A stretch of DNA of 64,000 nucleotides from Opitutales bacterium (lineage in GTDB: Bacteria; Verrucomicrobiota; Verrucomicrobiia; Opitutales; PNEW01), in assembly GCA_965197745.1 (NCBI GenBank), contig CBDANS010000006.1, positions 585,721-649,720 of the forward strand, written 5' to 3'. This document shows positions 58,193 through 64,000 of this stretch, piece after piece. The position numbers were made by a program, and so were the translations under genes. The notes under the pieces were generated by a model. It had not been told where the DNA came from and searched no databases. It saw only the letters and a list, made by a program, of their open reading frames with translations. Each line of letters starts with the position of its first letter. Position 1 is the first letter of the stretch.

Positions 58193-58942
58193 GTGAACAC
58201 TATTTTAAGCATGAAACATTGGCTATCGATTATTGTTTTTCTTACTCTGGTCATAGTTGGATGTGGAACAAAGGATGACCCCTTAAGGGAATTAAAAGCA
58301 CAAGCAGAAAAGGGTGATGCCGAAGCCCAATTACTCCTGGGATTGAAATATGAATATGGGGATGGCGTAACCAAGAATTATCCTGAAGCACTTAAGTGGG
58401 TTCGTGCGGCCGCTGAACAAGGATACGTTAAAGCCCAAAACGAACTTGATTTAAAATATTACCTGGGTCGTGGTGTAATGCTGGATTATGAAAAGGCCGT
58501 GATGTGGTATAAAAAGGCAGCCGAACAAGGGTACTCTGAAGCTCAATCCAACCTGGGCGTTATGTATTCCATGGGTGACGGTGTGAAGCAGGATTACGAT
58601 GAAGCGAGTAAATGGTATCGCTGGGCGACCGGTCAAGGACCGGTTGAAGATCAGGACGTACTTGATGAGCGTTATGGTATTGACCAGGGGGTAGTGCGAA
58701 ATGATTCCGGGTATGTCAATCAACCCCGTAATTCGGATGATCAGGATTTTGATGAGTTGCTCGAGTCGGCTGAAAGCGGAAACGCTGTCGCACAATACGA
58801 TGTTGGAGTAAAGTATTTAAAAGGCCAGGATGTAGATCAGGATTTTACCGAGGCTTTTAACTGGTTTAAAAATCGGCTCGGTTTAGAGCGGGCCAACCGC
58901 TGGTCAGACATGGGATTGAGGACGATGTATATCGGAGATTAA
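58193..58942 (+). CDS. Sel1-repeat lipoprotein
   Basis: Lipobox LVIVGC. Sel1 units (KWVRAAAEQGYVKAQ.., WYKKAAEQGYSEAQSNLGVMY). The 3' end loses the repeat pattern, which suggests a frameshift into the next ORF. Confidence 0.75.
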   Translation: MNTILSMKHWLSIIVFLTLVIVGCGTKDDPLRELKAQAEKGDAEAQLLLGLKYEYGDGVTKNYPEALKWVRAAAEQGYVKAQNELDLKYYLGRGVMLDYEKAVMWYKKAAEQGYSEAQSNLGVMYSMGDGVKQDYDEASKWYRWATGQGPVEDQDVLDERYGIDQGVVRNDSGYVNQPRNSDDQDFDELLESAESGNAVAQYDVGVKYLKGQDVDQDFTEAFNWFKNRLGLERANRWSDMGLRTMYIGD

Positions 58943-58980
58943 CCGAAAAAGGATTCGCACCCGCTCAATTCAATCTCGGA

Positions 58981-59571
58981 TTGATGTATGCCAAAGGTCA
59001 GGGGGTGGAACAGGATGATGCCATGGCATTTAAATGGATTCAGAAAGCGGCCGAGCAGGAAATCGCTTTACCCCAGTATAAATATATACTTGGAAACATG
59101 TTTTATAGAGGCCAAGGAGTAAAACAAAATTACGCCAAGGCATTAAAGTGGTATCGCAGGGCAGCAGAGCATAGTGACAAGAGCATATACGACAATGTGT
59201 ATGAAACAGATTTTACGCAAAATGATGCCAAACTGATCAGGAAGGATCGGAATAAAATAACTGTTAATCGAGGAGACGCCAGAGCTCAAAATAAACTGGG
59301 GGTGATGTATTATAAGGGTCAGGGGACCAGCCAGAATTTTAAAAAGGCCGCAAAGTGGTTTCGCGCCGCAGCTGAACAGGGGCACGTTGATGCACAATAT
59401 TTTCTTGGATTAATGTATGATCACGGCCAAGGGGTTGAGAAAGACTTTGATGAAGCACACACGTGGATTCGTAAAGCAGCCAGGCAAGGACATGAAGCCG
59501 CACTGATTTGGACTAACAAGGTAAGTGAACAAAAAGAAGCCCAAACTCAAATGAACATTGAGAACAAGTAA
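58981..59571 (+). CDS. Sel1-repeat protein (frame open upstream to 58870; possibly the 3' part of 58193..)
   Basis: TTG start in the ORF track. Upstream in the same frame it reads KSARF...RRLTEKGFAPAQFNLGLMYAKGQGV. Sel1 units run throughout. Confidence 0.7.
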   Translation: MMYAKGQGVEQDDAMAFKWIQKAAEQEIALPQYKYILGNMFYRGQGVKQNYAKALKWYRRAAEHSDKSIYDNVYETDFTQNDAKLIRKDRNKITVNRGDARAQNKLGVMYYKGQGTSQNFKKAAKWFRAAAEQGHVDAQYFLGLMYDHGQGVEKDFDEAHTWIRKAARQGHEAALIWTNKVSEQKEAQTQMNIENK

Positions 59572-59710
59572 CAAAATATAAGCAAAAAATGGAGCAAAAA
59601 TCTATAGAGTATAGCAGGTGACCCTGCAGTGATTGCACCGCGTCTGTCTCGAGAAGAGGATGAAGGAGCCGGTGTTACAAATAGATAATAGGGGTATGTT
59701 ACGTTTAATC

Positions 59711-60496
59711 CTAATGAACCAAGAATAATTGATTGCGCACCCCCGATTCCAGGTGTTGGGGACTCGAATAATGAAGGACGGGGTGCCTGGCCCCCTCAAT
59801 CGTAACCGGCAATCGCATGGCGTACTCGGCGTAATCCCAACGGTTATAGACGATGTAGGCTTGCCTGAACAGCGCGACCTCAAGGTCATGTTCGATAGAA
59901 AAATCAGGGAGGAGGATGGGCCCGGTATCAATTTGCCAAGTATCGTGTTCGTGCCGCACATTCATCACGGTCACCGGGTACTCGGCCACCACTTCCATTT
60001 CACTATCGCTCTTCAGGGCCGCAAAACGCGTCCTTCCGAGAATAGTCTTATTCCCGACCATGGCGTCATGGACTTCCTCATAGCTTGTCATTTCCACCAC
60101 ATGGTTGAAATGGCGGAGGTAACCCTTCATTTCTGTGATCTTTGATCGTTTACCGTATTGAGATTTTACAGCGTCACCTACAGTAAAGACCATTCGTTCA
60201 AAGCCGGGAGAATCTTCAAAATGCTTGATGTACATAAATTGCCCTTCATTACAAAAAACAGCGTGAAACTCCGCGGTGGGTTTATGTATTAAATTTCTTT
60301 CCACATACATCTGCTCGGCCGCGCAGGGATGAGTTAAAAAAAACTCCCTGAATTTTTCTCCCGGTCCACGAATTTTACAGCTGGCATGCAGCGCGCAGCG
60401 CGGGGTGTGGTCCATGTCGGGTCGCGTCCATTGAACAAATGAATTGACGTAATCGTAATTCAACAGGGTATCATAACTGGTGTCGAATGTACCCAT
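59711..60496 (-). CDS. Hypothetical protein (261 aa)
   Basis: Clean ORF with no recognised motif. Confidence 0.5.
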   Translation of the reverse strand: MGTFDTSYDTLLNYDYVNSFVQWTRPDMDHTPRCALHASCKIRGPGEKFREFFLTHPCAAEQMYVERNLIHKPTAEFHAVFCNEGQFMYIKHFEDSPGFERMVFTVGDAVKSQYGKRSKITEMKGYLRHFNHVVEMTSYEEVHDAMVGNKTILGRTRFAALKSDSEMEVVAEYPVTVMNVRHEHDTWQIDTGPILLPDFSIEHDLEVALFRQAYIVYNRWDYAEYAMRLPVTIEGARHPVLHYSSPQHLESGVRNQLFLVH

Positions 60497-60584
60497 GGTC
60501 TTACTCTCTTTTTTGCCCGGTTCAGGATCAGTTAATAATAGAATTTAGGACGATGACGAAGAGATAGACGAATATTATCATATG

Positions 60585-61394
60585 TCAGCGAGGATAACCC
60601 TGCCACCATACTTCGGTATAGGCGATTTGCAGACCGGACCGTAGCATATTACGAAAACTGGGTGTTCCGAAGTCCGCGGCACCAACGATGTACTGGCATC
60701 CCATTTCCTCCGCCAGTCTTATGCGCCGATTGATCAGCGCGGCATGACAACCCTTACCTCTAAATGACGGTCGGGTTTGAGCGCCGGATAAAAGGGCGAA
60801 CTTATCACTGACATACAGATTTCCCGTCGCTGCCGGTTTCCCCTTCAAGGTCGCGAGATACCAGTGCGTGTCAGGTAAATCGAGATATATCCGCAGGCGA
60901 GGTTGCAAACGTTTCCACCCTTTTTCAGGAACACCCGAACCTTCAAGGGAGGTTTCAACAGCCCGGTCCAGGGTGTTCACACTGACCCGGTAGACTTTTA
61001 CCCCGGGCGTTTTCGTTAAACGCGCGCGCGAGGGACGACCAATGAACTTCGTGTGGTACCCCGCAGGTTGTAATCCATGTTTGAGAAGGTACTGTGAGAC
61101 TTTATCTGAAAAATCCCGGGGGTTTAAGGTGATCCAAAAATAAGCATTATAACGCTTATAGAAGTTATGGATTCGCGGCAGACAATCTATGGATTCCGTT
61201 CTCAGATTGAAGACGTGATTAAAGTGGGCATCTTCGGGATAGAGAGTAGCGGTAACATCACCGAAAGTCTTAACATGAATGTTATAGGGGTTGCCAGGCA
61301 AAGCCTCGCAGGCCGTCAGGTAAGAGACATAATCTTCTGTGTAGATCGTGTCGATGGCCCTAAATAACGTATCATTCAAGACCACGGTGCTCAT
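60585..61394 (-). CDS. Protein with C-terminal GNAT-like acetyltransferase domain
   Basis: FRGKGCHAALINRRIRLAEEMGC acetyl-CoA loop in the last ~90 aa. The N-terminal 170 aa are unassigned. Confidence 0.55.
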   Translation of the reverse strand: MSTVVLNDTLFRAIDTIYTEDYVSYLTACEALPGNPYNIHVKTFGDVTATLYPEDAHFNHVFNLRTESIDCLPRIHNFYKRYNAYFWITLNPRDFSDKVSQYLLKHGLQPAGYHTKFIGRPSRARLTKTPGVKVYRVSVNTLDRAVETSLEGSGVPEKGWKRLQPRLRIYLDLPDTHWYLATLKGKPAATGNLYVSDKFALLSGAQTRPSFRGKGCHAALINRRIRLAEEMGCQYIVGAADFGTPSFRNMLRSGLQIAYTEVWWQGYPR

Positions 61395-61782
61395 AATTCA
61401 TTCATTAATAGGCATACGGTTAATACGGTGCAATATTAATTCATAGAAGGAGCAAAAGAGGTCATGCAGTTTGACTGAGGCAACCCTTTGGCTTGAGGTC
61501 ATCAGTAGCTCCTCGCCTGGAATGAAAGATGTCCATCCGTCGTCCCGCAAGAGCGGGACTATGGACGACAGGCGGACTCTGCCCTCAGTATCTTCGTCAC
61601 CCGCAATTGCGGGTTTCTCGCCATGAACAAGAGAAGGAGGTAACACGGACACGGGCTAACGGCGCTTCCTGATTACCTGATATATCTTGCTCACGATCAG
61701 CCCGTGCTTAAATAAATAAAAAATAGGGTCGTATAATTCTGGATTAATTACTATATTATACCCTTAACCCAAGGATATTATT
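61395..61782. repeat. Repeat-containing spacer 6 (degenerate long-hairpin element plus putative promoter of the PilT-like gene)
   Basis: ~61500-61632 carries ..CTCCTCGCCTGGAATG.., the nested hairpin GTCCAT-ccgtc-GTCCCGC-aaga-GCGGGAC-t-ATGGAC, and CACCCGCAATTGCGGGTTTCTCGCCATGAACA (compare ..CCCGCAGTTGCGGGATCCTCGCAATGACA). IR CACGGGCT/AGCCCGTG at 61647-61706. TATAAT at 61732-61737. ORF 61398..61652 is spurious. Confidence 0.7.
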
Positions 61783-62814
61783 ATGGCTATAAAACAAATT
61801 CCAGCACTTGATCAAATACTACAGGAGGGCGTCGATAATCACGCTCAAAACATTTATCTTATTCCCGATGAACCCGTGACATACCGTGTAAGTGGTAAAA
61901 TCACCCGGTCTGATTCTAAACCCATTACGGCCACGCATATAGAAAGCATTGCCACAGCTGCGGTCGGTGAAGCGGCCATGGCTTCAATAGGAACGAAATC
62001 CAGCGAAGCTCAAACCTTCTGTTCCTTGCCGGGTGATATCGATGGACGGTTGACCGTAGGTCGAGCGGGTGGCGATTACACGGTAACGATAGTGACGCAT
62101 TCCGGATCGCTTCCTTCTCAACAGGACGCGCGAATCCCGGCCGCATTACTCCAGGCAACTGAGAATTCCATGGATGGAATCATCATCATCTCGGGGCCGA
62201 CAGGATCCGCGAAACATACTATTGGAAAATGCCTGCTTGACCACGTCAACGCCACAAAGGGTATACACATTTATACGGTCGAAGAGGAGACTCTTTTCTT
62301 TCGCCTGACTCCCAAAAAATCCATTGTCCAGCAGCGTGAAGTTGGGCTCGATGTTCCGGATATAATTTCCGGCGTCAGAGCAGCTTTGCCTTTAGACGCT
62401 GATATTATATACATTCAATCGGTCAAAACCGCGGATGAAATAGACGTGGCGCTTACCGCTGCTGAAATGGGTTTACTCGTCATAATCGTAATGCACGGGA
62501 CATCAGCCCATGACGTCATTCAGGATTTGAATGATTTTCATGACAGCGAAACCCAAAAGATATTTCGTAAACGGTTCGCGCGCGCCTTACGCGCTATTTC
62601 CAATAATCGCCTCATACCGGAAAAAGCGGCAAATAGGAGGACCCCCGACGATGAACTTCGGCGCTCTATAATTAATGGTGACGATCTGACTAAACGCACC
62701 TCAGCACTCCCGGAGGGCACTCAGAAAATGTCTGACGATATCAATAAATTGCTCGATGAGGGTATTGTTTCCAAAGAAGCTGCCAGCGAAGTATTAAAAA
62801 ATATTAAGGAATAG
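61783..62814 (+). CDS. PilT/PilU-like secretion-ATPase homolog with degenerate catalytic motifs
   Basis: Colinear with PilT. Walker A GPTGSAKHT (vs GPTGSGKST). Asp box VEEETLF (vs IEDPIEF). Walker B DADIIYIQSVKT (vs DPDIILVGEMRD; Glu lost). His box MGLLVIIVMHGT (vs TGHLVFGTLHT). Confidence 0.7.
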   Translation: MAIKQIPALDQILQEGVDNHAQNIYLIPDEPVTYRVSGKITRSDSKPITATHIESIATAAVGEAAMASIGTKSSEAQTFCSLPGDIDGRLTVGRAGGDYTVTIVTHSGSLPSQQDARIPAALLQATENSMDGIIIISGPTGSAKHTIGKCLLDHVNATKGIHIYTVEEETLFFRLTPKKSIVQQREVGLDVPDIISGVRAALPLDADIIYIQSVKTADEIDVALTAAEMGLLVIIVMHGTSAHDVIQDLNDFHDSETQKIFRKRFARALRAISNNRLIPEKAANRRTPDDELRRSIINGDDLTKRTSALPEGTQKMSDDINKLLDEGIVSKEAASEVLKNIKE

Positions 62815-63208
62815 ATGCGGTAACGCGGGGATGCGTTAATGTGTCAATGTGTGTATGTGTAAACGCGGAAATGCTGAGGTGAAATAATGGTGGGATGCGA
62901 CGGAGCGCGTTTCATCTATTCATTACCGAACACCTAGCGGCTATGATCTGCCTTTGTCCCGTACCGCAGTCGCGGAAGGACTACGGCATGACAGGCATCG
63001 CATGGCCCTCCATTATTTTTTATTTATAATATTTCTTTGGTATATAAAATAAAAGATTAAGAAGCGTGCTTGGGACGGCCCGCTCCACCACTTATTTATA
63101 TTTATACTATGGTGAGGTGGAACGCGGTGTCCCTACCGCGTTATCGGTTATTCATTAATATATGTAGAGATGCGTGAATGCGTGAATGTTGTAACGCCAT
63201 TCGTGCGG
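62815..63208. repeat. Repeat-filled spacer 7
   Basis: GTRAAYG-type tract at 62815-62887. Degenerate TGGTGGGATGCGACGGAGCGCG unit. The long-form hairpin unit at 62925-63012 is the reverse complement of 9905-9990. Family-X modules at 63064-63089 and 63115-63142. GCGTGAATGCGTGAATG at ~63168-63190. Confidence 0.85.
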
Positions 63209-63547
63209 CTATTCCTTCAGGGCGAGATGAACCATGAGTTTGATCCGGGGATTAACTCCATCGAGCACACAACGCAATCGCAGCCAGCTTCCAAAATTGT
63301 TTAATTCACAGGCATATAGCGTCTCTTCAGAAACAGCTATGGGCTCAGTCTCACCCTTGTCGCACCAGAAGAGGCCGTCGGGTGAAATCTGAGGAAAAAT
63401 TTTCATCGTCGGCCCCGCCTCCAGGTCGATTACGCGAACGAACCATGTCACCTCACTCGCCCATCCACATTCATACGGTTCCGTATCGAAACTTTCCGTA
63501 TAAGTTTCGTTCTGCTCCAGGGTAGCGGTATGCGAGCGTCTAAGCAT
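63209..63547 (-). CDS. Hypothetical protein (112 aa)
   Basis: Clean ORF with no recognised motif. Confidence 0.45.
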   Translation of the reverse strand: MLRRSHTATLEQNETYTESFDTEPYECGWASEVTWFVRVIDLEAGPTMKIFPQISPDGLFWCDKGETEPIAVSEETLYACELNNFGSWLRLRCVLDGVNPRIKLMVHLALKE

Positions 63548-63610
63548 GGTAATCGGGATAAGGGGTAATTACATGAAGTGAAATTTATTAAAGATCAATG
63601 TGCCGGCGAG

Positions 63611-64000
63611 TTACCAGTCCACCGATACGAGCACTGAATCAAAATAAAGGAAATTGCGCACAGGTAAGTGGGTTCTCACGTCGAAGAAGAAATTGAGGAG
63701 ACGGTCGCATGAGTAATAAGTCTCATCATAAGCGGGGACCGGAATGTCCCTCAGATCCATCACGCGATCATTTATCTGAAGCTCGACGTTCCGTCGTTTT
63801 TCCAGGTCGAACTGCCAGCGGAGGTAATGCCAGTTTATTTTGGTCGGCACTTCATTATTACAGAGCGCGAAATCACCACCCAGGACTTCCTTCCAATCAT
63901 CGGGACTCTGGGCGTGAAGGTCTTTCGGAACAGGAGCGCCATCAATCTGCATTTTCGTGGTAACCTGAACGGATGTCTTGTAGAACCACTTGCGCACATA
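63611..64000 (-). CDS. Hypothetical protein, 3' part (frame open to window edge); possible jelly-roll/LamG-like C-terminus
   Basis: The ORF-track start (GTG at 63997) is probably not the real start, because the frame stays open to nt 64000. It ends ..YFDSVLVSVDW*. Confidence 0.45.
   Translation of the reverse strand, partial: YVRKWFYKTSVQVTTKMQIDGAPVPKDLHAQSPDDWKEVLGGDFALCNNEVPTKINWHYLRWQFDLEKRRNVELQINDRVMDLRDIPVPAYDETYYSCDRLLNFFFDVRTHLPVRNFLYFDSVLVSVDW

Noticed and set aside
1029-62720. Numerous antisense or out-of-frame ORFs nested in annotated genes (for example 1029..1268, 4786..5130, 8051..8374, 21323..21631, 34364..35722 set, 42035..42787 set, 51278..51694, 59729..60145)
   Set aside because: Each lies entirely within a longer ORF that has clear family motifs on the other strand or frame. 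Those in GC-rich segments (34-35.7 kb, 42-43 kb, 51.3-52 kb) are the expected stop-poor shadow frames.
293-63208. tRNA/tmRNA genes or att sites marking genomic-island borders
   Set aside because: I found no cloverleaf-compatible sequence or T-loop (GGTTCGAATCC-like) motif in any spacer, and no integrase. The only clear target duplication is the 11-bp TSD of IS4.

Overview
Bacterial chromosomal window. The taxon cannot be assigned from sequence alone; secreted FG-GAP, Sel1 and TPR proteins suggest an environmental Gram-negative. There are four zones. (1) 0.3-12.3 kb: short minus-strand gene blocks (NUDIX+VOC; Cof-HAD, esterase, small membrane protein, PhnX; PhnX-like HAD, CbbY-like HAD, class II aldolase, Zn-ADH) and one plus-strand TetR+Zn-ribbon pair. 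These blocks are separated by 0.5-1.1 kb spacers built almost entirely of nested interspersed hairpin repeats: REP/REPIN-like GGAGG+hairpin units, a 105-140 nt long-hairpin element with GTCATTGCGAG/CTCGCAATGAC ends, and degenerate GTGAATG tracts. (2) 12.3-51.3 kb: an almost gap-free, co-directional minus-strand array of roughly 45 small genes. It is dominated by GNAT acetyltransferases, APH-fold kinases, P-loop kinases, SAM methyltransferases, VOC and HAD enzymes, plus AAC(3), HIT, GrpB, nucleotidyltransferase, YciI, SET and AlkD-like genes. The only plus-strand items are a GC-rich TPR gene, an IS4 element (11-bp TSD) and a small ORF lying between IS4 and a degenerate IS3. (3) 51.3-61.4 kb: PhyH dioxygenase, S9 peptidase, a ~1060-aa metalloprotease/FG-GAP protein, three Sel1 genes and two poorly characterised genes. 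(4) 61.4-64 kb: the hairpin repeats reappear around an orphan, degenerate PilT-like ATPase. At least eleven genes between 19 and 57 kb are broken by single-base frameshifts, in-frame stops, truncation or insertions. I found no rRNA, tRNA, CRISPR array, integrase, reverse transcriptase or recognisable defence/secretion operon. The most noteworthy items are the enzyme array itself, its decay pattern, the repeat system (including 32- and 43-nt repeat-arm-derived insertions inside the IS3 transposase gene), and a PhnX + PhnX-like + aldolase + ADH cluster that lacks PhnW. All family calls rest on motif recognition by eye; no searches were run.
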